This document shows positions 1-8,431 of a stretch of DNA of 64,000 nt, piece after piece. A program made the position numbers and the translations under genes. Source of the stretch: Halochromatium sp. Lineage in GTDB: Bacteria; Pseudomonadota; Gammaproteobacteria; Chromatiales; Chromatiaceae. Within the stretch, counting starts at the first letter, position 1. The number at the start of each line of letters is the position of its first letter. The stretch covers positions 28 to 64,027 of the forward strand of contig NZ_JBKHDN010000001.1 in assembly GCF_046541315.1 (NCBI RefSeq). Direction: 5' to 3'. Below the pieces are notes generated by a model, which saw only the letters and a program-made list of their open reading frames with translations, was not told the DNA's origin and searched no databases.

Positions 1-332
1 TCAGAGCATTCGGATAGCTCGGCATCGAACTTGATATCCCGCCGCTTGCGTGCAAGGCCCGGCGCTGAATACTTCCGCGCTTTGGGATAGGCTTCTATCC
101 ACTGCCCAAGAAAGAGATGATGCAGCTTATTTGGAGAAATCAGATAGCGGACCGTCCCAAATGCCGCCAACTCTTGCTTCAATTGTTCACTAAGCTTTTC
201 TGGCGAGTGGATCCAAAGATCCGCACCTCGCAATCTCACGACTGTCATCCTTGTGGGAAAAGTAAACCCATAAAAATCGACTTCGCACCCATCATAGGTC
301 CATATTTCGTCGCCGACCTGATTAAGCTGCAC
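1..332 (-). CDS. DUF4336-family (metallo-beta-lactamase-like) protein, 5' part; runs off the window edge
   Basis: Not in the ORF track. Manual translation from GTG at 332: MQLNQVGDEIWTYDGCEVDFYGFTFPTRMTVVRLRGADLWIHSPEKL...VRYLISPNKLHHLFLGQWIEAYP...; RMTVVRL, WIHSP and PNKLHHLF are typical DUF4336 motifs; AAGGGA RBS upstream. Confidence 0.8.
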   Translation of the reverse strand, partial: MQLNQVGDEIWTYDGCEVDFYGFTFPTRMTVVRLRGADLWIHSPEKLSEQLKQELAAFGTVRYLISPNKLHHLFLGQWIEAYPKARKYSAPGLARKRRDIKFDAELSECS

Positions 333-411
333 GGCTCTGTCCCTTACTTGCATAACGCCATGCTCAGCCGAGCCGGTTGAGCGAGACCGCGACCCAACAG
401 GGGACAACTAG

Positions 412-513
412 TGCAATGCTGCCAAAGATTCGATACCGCCCGAAAGTGCCCAAGCTCCAATATCGACAACGGTGTGAGTCATCAGCATGTATCGAGACTT
501 CAGCAGCGTTGCA
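412..513. mobile_element. Putative MITE (102 bp, non-autonomous IS derivative)
   Basis: 25-bp imperfect terminal inverted repeats (412-436 TGCAATGCTGCCAAAGATTCGATAC vs reverse complement of 489-513, 20/25 identical), flanked by CTAG at 408-411 and 514-517. Confidence 0.65.
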
Positions 514-541
514 CTAGGTCGATGGTCAGGAACTGACCGCC

Positions 542-1993
542 TCAACCCGAAAACGCCTGCTGACAGAGCGTGAACAAGGTTGCCGGATACATCCCGAGCA
601 ACAGGATCGCGGCGCCGTTGACGGTGATCGCCACCCGCGCGCTGGCGTCGGCCGTCACCGGCACCTCGGTGACCGGCTTGTCGAAGTAGATCAGCTTGAC
701 CACGCGCAGATAGTAGAAGGCGCCGATGATCGAGAACACCACCGCGACGATCGCCAGCCAGACCATCCCTTGGGCGATGATCGCCTCCAGCACCAGCAGC
801 TTGGCGACAAAACCGACCATCGGCGGCACGCCAGCCATCGAGAACATCATCAGCGCCATCATCGCCGCCAGCCAGGGCGCGCGGTCGGACAGGCCCTTGA
901 GGTCATCCAGTTCCTGCACATCCTGGCCCTTGCTCGACATCATCAGCAGCACGCCGAAGGCGCCGGCCGACATCAGCGCATAGACCACCGAGTAGAACAT
1001 CGCCGAGGCATAGCCCTGCTCGCTGCCGGCAAGCAGCCCGAGGAAGATGAAGCCGACGTGCGAGATGGTCGAATAGGCCAGCATGCGCTTGATATTGGTC
1101 TGCGCGATGGCGACGACATTGCCGAGTGCCAACGACAGCACCGAGAGGATCACCAGGATCTCGCCCCAGTCCGATTGCAGCCCGCCGAGCGCCTCGATCA
1201 GGATACGCGCGGCCATCGCGAAGGCGGCGATCTTCGGCGCACTGGACAGAAACAGCACGATCGGCGTCGGCGCGCCCTGATAGACATCCGGCAGCCACAT
1301 GTGGAAGGGCACGGCGCCGAACTTGAACGCGATGCCGATCAGCGCGAAGACCAAGCCGAAGACCAGGATCCTGTCGTCGACGCCGGCACTGGCGACGGCA
1401 GCGGCGACATCGGCGAAGGCGAAGCCACCCGAGGCGCCATAGAGCATCGAGATGCCATACAGCAACATGCCCGAGCCGAGCGCGCCGAGCACGAAGTACT
1501 TCATCGCCGCCTCGGCGCCCTGCTTGGAATCGCGATCGAAGGCGACCAACGCATAGAGACAGAGCGAGAGCAGCTCCAGGCCCAGATAGAGGGTCAGGAA
1601 GCCGTTCGCCGAGACCATGATCAGCATGCCGAGCACCGCGAACAGCAGCAGCACATGGTACTCGCCGACCCACATCTCGCGGTCGCGCATGTAATCCTTG
1701 GCGTAGATGAAGGTCAGCAGCGAGACGACGAGGATCGCGCCCTTGAGCAGATCGCTCATCGGATCGCGAATGAAGCTCGCGCTGAAGGCCGCGGTCGGCA
1801 CCGGACTGCCGACCGCACCCACGGCCATCAACGCCAGCACCAGGCCGATGATGGTCAGGTTGTGATTGCTCTGCTTGTGCTCGGCGCGCGTATAGAGATC
1901 GACGATCAATACACCGCAGGCGGTCACCAGGATGACCAGCTCCGGCAGGATCGCGATCATCGAAGAGGTCAAGGAGGGGGTAAGCGTCGTCAT
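542..1993 (-). CDS. nuoN: NADH-quinone oxidoreductase subunit N
   Basis: Multi-TM; EAAMKYFVLGA, FKFGAVPFHMWLPDVYQGAP, KRMLAYSTISH; last gene of the nuo operon. Confidence 0.97.
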   Translation of the reverse strand: MTTLTPSLTSSMIAILPELVILVTACGVLIVDLYTRAEHKQSNHNLTIIGLVLALMAVGAVGSPVPTAAFSASFIRDPMSDLLKGAILVVSLLTFIYAKDYMRDREMWVGEYHVLLLFAVLGMLIMVSANGFLTLYLGLELLSLCLYALVAFDRDSKQGAEAAMKYFVLGALGSGMLLYGISMLYGASGGFAFADVAAAVASAGVDDRILVFGLVFALIGIAFKFGAVPFHMWLPDVYQGAPTPIVLFLSSAPKIAAFAMAARILIEALGGLQSDWGEILVILSVLSLALGNVVAIAQTNIKRMLAYSTISHVGFIFLGLLAGSEQGYASAMFYSVVYALMSAGAFGVLLMMSSKGQDVQELDDLKGLSDRAPWLAAMMALMMFSMAGVPPMVGFVAKLLVLEAIIAQGMVWLAIVAVVFSIIGAFYYLRVVKLIYFDKPVTEVPVTADASARVAITVNGAAILLLGMYPATLFTLCQQAFSG

Positions 1994-2005
1994 GACAGGG
2001 ATCCC

Positions 2006-3565
2006 TTAGGGCTTGAGACCGGCAATCGGGGCGTCGTCGACCGCGATCGCCGACGGCAGTTTACTGACCTGCACCTGCTGCACCAGCTGCTCGATGGTCG
2101 GCTCCATCACCTCGATCAGCGGCTTGGGCCAGAGGCCGATGGCGAGCGTCGCGGCGGCGAGCACGCCGAGATTCAGCGTTTCGCGGCGATCGAGATCTTC
2201 GAGCTTGGCGACCTGCTCGTTGCCGACCTCGCCGAAGATCACCCGCTTCACCAGCCAGAGCGTGAAGGCGGCCGCCAACACCAGCGTGGTCGCGGCCAGG
2301 AAGGCGAACCAGAAGTCGGCCTGGAAGGCGGCGAGGATCACCATCAGCTCGCCGACGAAACCGGAGGTGCCCGGCAGCCCGGCATTGGCCATGGCGAAGA
2401 AGACGACGAAGGCGCCGAACCAGGGCATGCGGTTGATCACCCCGCCGTAGGCCGAGATCTCGCGCGTGTGCATGCGGTCGTAGAGCACGCCGACGCAGAG
2501 GAACAGCGCGCCGGAGATGAAGCCGTGCGAGATCATCTGCACCATGCCGCCCTCGATGCCCATCACCGCGCCAGCGGTCTCGGCGCGCTGTAAGATGCCG
2601 AAGATGACGAAGAAGCCGAGGGTGACGAAGCCCATGTGCGCGATCGACGAGTAGGCGATCAGCTTCTTCATATCCTGCTGCACCAAGGCCACCAGGCCGA
2701 TGTAGATCACCGCGATCAGCGACATCGCAATGATCAGCCAGTCGAGCGCGGCACTCGCATCCGGGGTGATCGGCAGACTGAAGCGCAGGAAGCCATAGCC
2801 ACCGATCTTGAGCATGATCGCCGCCAGGATCACCGAACCGCCGGTCGGCGCCTCGACATGCGCGTCCGGCAGCCAGGTATGCACCGGAAACATCGGCACC
2901 TTGACCGCGAAGGCGAGCAGGAAGGCGATGAAGATCAGGATCTGCGCGGTCAGCCCCAGCGGCGCGGCATGGAAGCCGAGGATGTCGAAGCTGCCGGTCT
3001 CAAAGGACAGATAGAGCAGCGCGACCAGCATGAACACCGAGCCGAAGAAGGTGTAGAGGAAGAACTTGATGGTCGCGTAGACCCGATTCGGCCCGCCCCA
3101 GACCCCGATGATGATGAACATCGGGATCAGCATCGCCTCCCAGAAGACGTAGAACAGGATCGCATCCAGCGCCGAGAAGACACCGACCATGATGCCCTCC
3201 ATGATCAGGAAGGCGGCCATGTAATGCGAGGGCCGATGGCGGATCACATCCCAGCCGGCGATGATGACGAAGATGCCGATGAAGGTGGTGAGCAGGATCA
3301 GCGGCATCGAGATGCCATCGATGCCGAGGTGGTATTCGATACCGAGCGCCGGCAGCCAGGCCGAACGTTCGACGAACTGCATCTCGGCGGTGCTGGGATC
3401 GAAGCCGAACCAGAGGATCAGGCTGACCAGGAAGGTCAGGAGCGCGTACACCAAGGCGATGCGCTTGGTCAGTTCGGCATTCTGCTCACCACTGGCGATC
3501 ACCACGATACCGCCAATGATCGGCAGCCAGATGACCAGCGAGAGCCAGGGAAATTCCAATAACAT
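2006..3565 (-). CDS. nuoM: NADH-quinone oxidoreductase subunit M
   Basis: AVKVPMFPVHTWLPDAHVEAPTGGS, KKLIAYSSIAHMG. Confidence 0.97.
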   Translation of the reverse strand: MLLEFPWLSLVIWLPIIGGIVVIASGEQNAELTKRIALVYALLTFLVSLILWFGFDPSTAEMQFVERSAWLPALGIEYHLGIDGISMPLILLTTFIGIFVIIAGWDVIRHRPSHYMAAFLIMEGIMVGVFSALDAILFYVFWEAMLIPMFIIIGVWGGPNRVYATIKFFLYTFFGSVFMLVALLYLSFETGSFDILGFHAAPLGLTAQILIFIAFLLAFAVKVPMFPVHTWLPDAHVEAPTGGSVILAAIMLKIGGYGFLRFSLPITPDASAALDWLIIAMSLIAVIYIGLVALVQQDMKKLIAYSSIAHMGFVTLGFFVIFGILQRAETAGAVMGIEGGMVQMISHGFISGALFLCVGVLYDRMHTREISAYGGVINRMPWFGAFVVFFAMANAGLPGTSGFVGELMVILAAFQADFWFAFLAATTLVLAAAFTLWLVKRVIFGEVGNEQVAKLEDLDRRETLNLGVLAAATLAIGLWPKPLIEVMEPTIEQLVQQVQVSKLPSAIAVDDAPIAGLKP

Positions 3566-3584
3566 GCGCCAGGTCTCCCGCGTC

Positions 3585-5579
3585 TTAGAAGGTCACGTAC
3601 AGGGTCAAGAGCATCACCAGGCCAAGGATCATCGCGAAGGCATAGTGGTAAAGCAGGCCGCTCTGCAGGTGCCGGACCACGCCCGCAAGCCAGCCGACCG
3701 CCCGCGCCGAGCCGTTGACTACCGCGCCATCGATGACGCGTTGGTCGCTGCTCTTCCAGAGGAAGCGGCCGATGCGCTGACTGCCGCCCGCGAACACGCG
3801 CTGGTTGAAGTCGTCGAAGCCGTACTTGTCCTCGAGCAGGCGCGTCAGACGACCGCCACGCGCTTGCAATTCGACATCGATGTTCGGATTGCGTCGATGC
3901 TGGTACAGCCAATAGTAGGCCGCCAGCCCAAGTCCCGCCATCGACAGCCAGAACGGCAATGCCTGCATGCCATGGCGAATGAATTCGCGCTGCCCGTGCC
4001 AATGCGCGGCCAGATGATGCAGCGTGTCCTGCTCGGGCTTGACGGTGATCGCATCGCCAAGCCAGTTCTGCACCAGCAGCGGCTCGATGGCGTACCAGCC
4101 GATGAACACCGAGGGGATCGCCAGCGCGATCAGCGGGACAGTCACCACCCAGGGCGTCTCGTGCAGATGCGAGCGGGCGTGATGATCCATGCGCGGCTCG
4201 CCGTGGAACACCAGGAAATACAGCCGGAAGCTATAGAGCGCGGTGACGAAGGCGCCCAGGGTCAGCAGCAGATGCGCGAGGCCAGCGCCACCGATGTGCG
4301 AATGCCCCACCGCCTCGATGATCGCGTCCTTGGAGAAGAAGCCGGAGAAGCCGGGGAAGGCGATCAGCGCCAGCGAGCCGAGCAGCGCGGTGATCCAGGT
4401 GATCGGCATGTAGCGCTTGAGCCCGCCCATGTTGCGGATGTCCTGATCGTGGTGCATGGCGATGATCACCGAGCCGGCGGCGAGGAACAGCAGTGCCTTG
4501 AAGAAGGCATGGGTCATCAGATGGAAGATCCCGGCGGCATAGGCCGAGGCGCCGAGCGCGGCGATCATATAGCCCAGCTGCGACAAGGTCGAATAGGCGA
4601 CGATGCGCTTGATGTCGTTCTGCACCAGCCCGACCAGGCCCATGAAGAAGGCGGTGACCGCGCCGATCACCAGCACGAACGACAGCGCCGTGCTCGAAAG
4701 CTCGTACAGTGGCGACATGCGCGCGACCATGAAGACACCGGCGGTGACCATGGTCGCGGCATGGATCAGCGCCGAGATCGGCGTCGGGCCTTCCATCGAG
4801 TCCGGCAGCCAGACATGCAGCGGCATCTGTGCCGATTTGCCCATGGCGCCGATGAACAGCAGGATGCAGATCAGCGTCATCAACGAGACCCCGCCGAACA
4901 CCGCGACCTGGGTGTCGGCGAGGTCCGGCGCCTGCGCGAAGACCTCGGCATAGTCGAGCGAGCCGAAGTACATCGCCACCGCGGCGATCCCGAGGATGAA
5001 GCCGAAATCCCCGACCCGGTTGACCAGGAAGGCCTTGAGATTGGCCGAGATCGCCGACTCGCGCACCGTGTAGAAGCCGATCAGCAGATAGGAGACCAGG
5101 CCCACCGCTTCCCAGCCGAAGAACAGCTGCAGGAAGTTGTTCGACATCACCAGCATCAGCATCGAGAAGGTGAACAGCGAGATATAGCTGAAGAAGCGCT
5201 GATAGCTGTTGGTGCCGACGCGCGAATCCTCGGGCCAGTTATGGGCGTCGTCGGCCATGTAGCCGATGGTGTAGATGTGCACCATCAGCGAGACGAAGGT
5301 CACCACCGCCATCATCAGCGCGGTGAGGCGATCGACCAGGAAGCCGATCTCGAAGCGGAGGCCGCCGGCGACCATCCAGGTGTAGACGCTGTCGTTGAAG
5401 GCCGGCTCCTCGTGCCAGATGAAGCGCGACAGGACCCAGAGCGACAGCACGGTGGACAGGCCGACGCCGGCAATCGCGACCGAGTGCGCGCCCACGCGGC
5501 CGATCTTGCCGCCGAAGAAGCCGGCAATGATGGCGCCGATCAGCGGCGCCAGCACGATGGTCAGATAAAGGCTCTCCAT
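3585..5579 (-). CDS. nuoL: NADH-quinone oxidoreductase subunit L
   Basis: Start corrected to ATG 5579 (MESLYLTIV); GKSAQMPLHVWLPDSMEGPTPISALIHAATMV. Confidence 0.97.
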   Translation of the reverse strand: MESLYLTIVLAPLIGAIIAGFFGGKIGRVGAHSVAIAGVGLSTVLSLWVLSRFIWHEEPAFNDSVYTWMVAGGLRFEIGFLVDRLTALMMAVVTFVSLMVHIYTIGYMADDAHNWPEDSRVGTNSYQRFFSYISLFTFSMLMLVMSNNFLQLFFGWEAVGLVSYLLIGFYTVRESAISANLKAFLVNRVGDFGFILGIAAVAMYFGSLDYAEVFAQAPDLADTQVAVFGGVSLMTLICILLFIGAMGKSAQMPLHVWLPDSMEGPTPISALIHAATMVTAGVFMVARMSPLYELSSTALSFVLVIGAVTAFFMGLVGLVQNDIKRIVAYSTLSQLGYMIAALGASAYAAGIFHLMTHAFFKALLFLAAGSVIIAMHHDQDIRNMGGLKRYMPITWITALLGSLALIAFPGFSGFFSKDAIIEAVGHSHIGGAGLAHLLLTLGAFVTALYSFRLYFLVFHGEPRMDHHARSHLHETPWVVTVPLIALAIPSVFIGWYAIEPLLVQNWLGDAITVKPEQDTLHHLAAHWHGQREFIRHGMQALPFWLSMAGLGLAAYYWLYQHRRNPNIDVELQARGGRLTRLLEDKYGFDDFNQRVFAGGSQRIGRFLWKSSDQRVIDGAVVNGSARAVGWLAGVVRHLQSGLLYHYAFAMILGLVMLLTLYVTF

Positions 5580-5610
5580 TGAAGGATTCTCCGAGCGGTG
5601 TCCGGTGGGC

Positions 5611-5916
5611 TCAACCCTTGAGCATGTCCAGATCGTCGACGTTGATGGTGCGCCGGTTGCGGAACAGGACCACCAGGATGGCGAGCCCGATCGCGGCTTC
5701 GGCGGCAGCGACGGTGAGGATGAAGAAGACGAAGATCTGACCACTCAGATCGCCGAGGAAATGCGCAAAGGCGACGAAGTTCATGTTCACCGCCAGCAGC
5801 ATCAGTTCGATGCACATCAGCAAAATGAGCACGTTCTTGCGGTTCAGGAACACCCCGGCGACCGAGATCGAGAACAGCAGGCCGCCAAGCAGCAGGTAAT
5901 CGGAGAGCGCGATCAT
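5611..5916 (-). CDS. nuoK: NADH-quinone oxidoreductase subunit K
   Basis: Start ATG 5916 ([10 protein letters not shown]); [25 protein letters not shown]. Confidence 0.97.
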   Translation of the reverse strand: MIALSDYLLLGGLLFSISVAGVFLNRKNVLILLMCIELMLLAVNMNFVAFAHFLGDLSGQIFVFFILTVAAAEAAIGLAILVVLFRNRRTINVDDLDMLKG

Positions 5917-6563
5917 TCGGAGTCCTCCTTCAGCGCCGGTGCCGCCGCGTTTTGACCCAGACGCGGCGCGGCCGGCATCGACACCAGACGGATGCGATCC
6001 GGCCCCTTCTTCACCCGTACCTGTTGCGAGGCATCCTGATACTTGGTCTCGGGGCGCCGGCGCAGCGTCAGGCGAATCGCGGCGACGATGGCGACCAGCA
6101 GGATCACCGCGGCGATCTCGAACGGATACAGATAGGTGGTATAGAGATCGAGCCCGAGTTCGACCGTATTGCTGTAGTCGGCGGGCCGCGCCTCGGGCTT
6201 GGCGAACAGCTCGAGCCCGAAGTTCGACGGTCCCAGCACCAGGAACAGATTCACCACCATCACCAGCGCGATCAGCAGCCCGAGCGGCAGGTAGCGGATG
6301 AACTGCCCGCGCAGCGCGGCGATGTCGATATCGAGCATCATCACCACGAACAGGAACAGCACCATCACCGCGCCGACATAGACCAGCACCAGCACGATGC
6401 CGAGGAACTCCGCCTCCAGCAACAGCCACAGGGCCGCGCTGCTGACAAAGGCCAACACCAGAAACAACACCGCGTGCACCGGGTTGCGGCGCGTCACCAC
6501 CATCCCCGCAGCGAAGACGGTGATGGCCGCGAACACAGAGAAGAGAAATTTTTCGAAGCCCAT
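5913..6563 (-). CDS. nuoJ: NADH-quinone oxidoreductase subunit J
   Basis: [28 protein letters not shown]. Confidence 0.97.
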   Translation of the reverse strand: MGFEKFLFSVFAAITVFAAGMVVTRRNPVHAVLFLVLAFVSSAALWLLLEAEFLGIVLVLVYVGAVMVLFLFVVMMLDIDIAALRGQFIRYLPLGLLIALVMVVNLFLVLGPSNFGLELFAKPEARPADYSNTVELGLDLYTTYLYPFEIAAVILLVAIVAAIRLTLRRRPETKYQDASQQVRVKKGPDRIRLVSMPAAPRLGQNAAAPALKEDSE

Positions 6564-6804
6564 GGAATTTCCAGCTGGCGTGGCTGCGCGGGAGACCGGC
6601 TCTCACGCGCGCAGGCAGACGTTGACAGTCGATCGTTCAATCGGGCAGCGACAGTAGCCACTGCGCTCGTTCATCGCTGCCCATCGACATCCCGCTATGG
6701 GCCAGACAATGGCCTTCCAGGTGGGAGGTCGTTGATGAACAGTGTCCTCGCGTTCTCTGAATCGCTTGCCTCGATTGCCTCGGCGAGCAACCAGGTTCTC
6801 GCTC

Positions 6805-7296
6805 TCAGCGATAGGGCGCATCCGCGCTGCGGGCCGCCGCGATGCGCGACTCGTATTTATCCCCGATCGCGAGCAATGTGTCTTTGGTCATGATGTTCTC
6901 GCCGCGATTCTCGAAGTGATACTCATAGATGTCGGTCTCGACGATCGAATCGACCGGGCAGGATTCCTCGCAAAAGCCGCAGTAGATGCACTTGAAGAGA
7001 TCGATATCGTAGCGTGTCGTGCGCCGCGATCCATCGGCGCGCGGCTCGGCCTCGATGGTGATCGCCAGCGCGGGACAGACAGCCTCGCAGAGCTTGCAGG
7101 CGATGCAGCGCTCCTCGCCGTTCGGGTAACGGCGCAGCGCGTGCAGACCCCGAAAACGCGGCGAGACCGGCGCCTTCTCCTCCGGATACTGCACCGTGAA
7201 CTTGCGCTTGAACAGGTAGCGCCCGGTCAGGCCCATTCCGCGGAACAGTTCGACGAGCAGGAGACTGTTGAGATAAGTGCGAGCGGCTTGAAGCAT
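6805..7296 (-). CDS. nuoI: NADH-quinone oxidoreductase subunit I
   Basis: Two CxxCxxCxxxCP motifs ([24 protein letters not shown]). Confidence 0.97.
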   Translation of the reverse strand: MLQAARTYLNSLLLVELFRGMGLTGRYLFKRKFTVQYPEEKAPVSPRFRGLHALRRYPNGEERCIACKLCEAVCPALAITIEAEPRADGSRRTTRYDIDLFKCIYCGFCEESCPVDSIVETDIYEYHFENRGENIMTKDTLLAIGDKYESRIAAARSADAPYR

Positions 7297-7363
7297 GGTT
7301 CACTCTATCGGCTATCGACTAGCGCGGGAGGCGCGGTCACGCATCGTTGCGGTTCCCAGCCGG

Positions 7364-8419
7364 TCATCCCAGCGCGGCGGTCGCCGCCGACCACCAGGGC
7401 GGCAACTGCGCGAGCACGGCCACGGCGACCACCAGGATCCAGACGATCGTGATCGGAATGAACACCTTCCAGCCCAGCCGCATGATCTGGTCATAGCGGT
7501 AGCGCGGAAAGGTCGCGCGCAGCCAGAGGAAGACGAACATGAAGAAGAAGGTCTTGAGCAGAATCCAGATCATGCCCGGCACCCAGGCCGTGGCCTCGTC
7601 GAGCACCGGAATGCCCTGGAACGGCGACAGCCAGCCGCCGAAGAACAGCAGTGTCGCCAGCATCGCGATCAACACCATGTTGGCGTATTCGGCGAGGAAG
7701 AAGATGGCGAATGCCATGCCCGAGTATTCGACATGGAAGCCGGCGACGATCTCGGACTCGCCCTCGGCGACATCGAAGGGCGCGCGGTTGGTCTCGGCAA
7801 CGCCGGAGATGAAATAGACCCCGAACAGCGGCAGCAACGGCAGCCAGAACCAGGTCAGCAGATTGCCGGATTGCGCCTCGACGATCGCGCTCAGGTTCAG
7901 GCTGCCGGCGGCGACCAGTACCCCGACCAGCGCGAAGCCCATCGCGATCTCATAGGCGACGATCTGCGCCGCCGCGCGCATTGCGCCGAGCAGCGCGTAC
8001 TTCGAGTTCGAGGCCCAGCCGGCGATGATGACGCCGTAGACGCCGAGCGAGGTCAGCGCCAGCACATAGAGCAGACCGGCATTGATATCGGCCAGCACCA
8101 GCCCGGCATCGAACGGCACCACCGCCCAGGCCGCGAGCGCCGGCACGATCGAGATCAGCGGCGCGAGCAGGAACAGCCCCCTATTGGCCTTGGTCGGGAT
8201 GACGATCTCCTTGACCATCAGCTTGAGCGCGTCGGCGATCGGCTGCAAGAGTCCGCGCCAGCCGACCCGATTGGGCCCGATGCGCACCTGGATATAGCCG
8301 ATCACCTTGCGTTCGGCATAGGTGTACCAGGCCACCACCGCGAGCAACGGGCCGACGATCGTGAGGATCGCGATCAGGCTCCGCAACGGCAGTGGCAGCC
8401 AGTTCCATAAGTCCATCAT
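7364..8419 (-). CDS. nuoH: NADH-quinone oxidoreductase subunit H
   Basis: [33 protein letters not shown]. Confidence 0.97.
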   Translation of the reverse strand: MMDLWNWLPLPLRSLIAILTIVGPLLAVVAWYTYAERKVIGYIQVRIGPNRVGWRGLLQPIADALKLMVKEIVIPTKANRGLFLLAPLISIVPALAAWAVVPFDAGLVLADINAGLLYVLALTSLGVYGVIIAGWASNSKYALLGAMRAAAQIVAYEIAMGFALVGVLVAAGSLNLSAIVEAQSGNLLTWFWLPLLPLFGVYFISGVAETNRAPFDVAEGESEIVAGFHVEYSGMAFAIFFLAEYANMVLIAMLATLLFFGGWLSPFQGIPVLDEATAWVPGMIWILLKTFFFMFVFLWLRATFPRYRYDQIMRLGWKVFIPITIVWILVVAVAVLAQLPPWWSAATAALG

Positions 8420-8431
8420 CTGCTTGCGCTC

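Noticed and set aside
117-380. 87-aa plus-strand ORF
   Set aside because: Overlaps the convincing minus-strand DUF4336-like gene and has no motifs.
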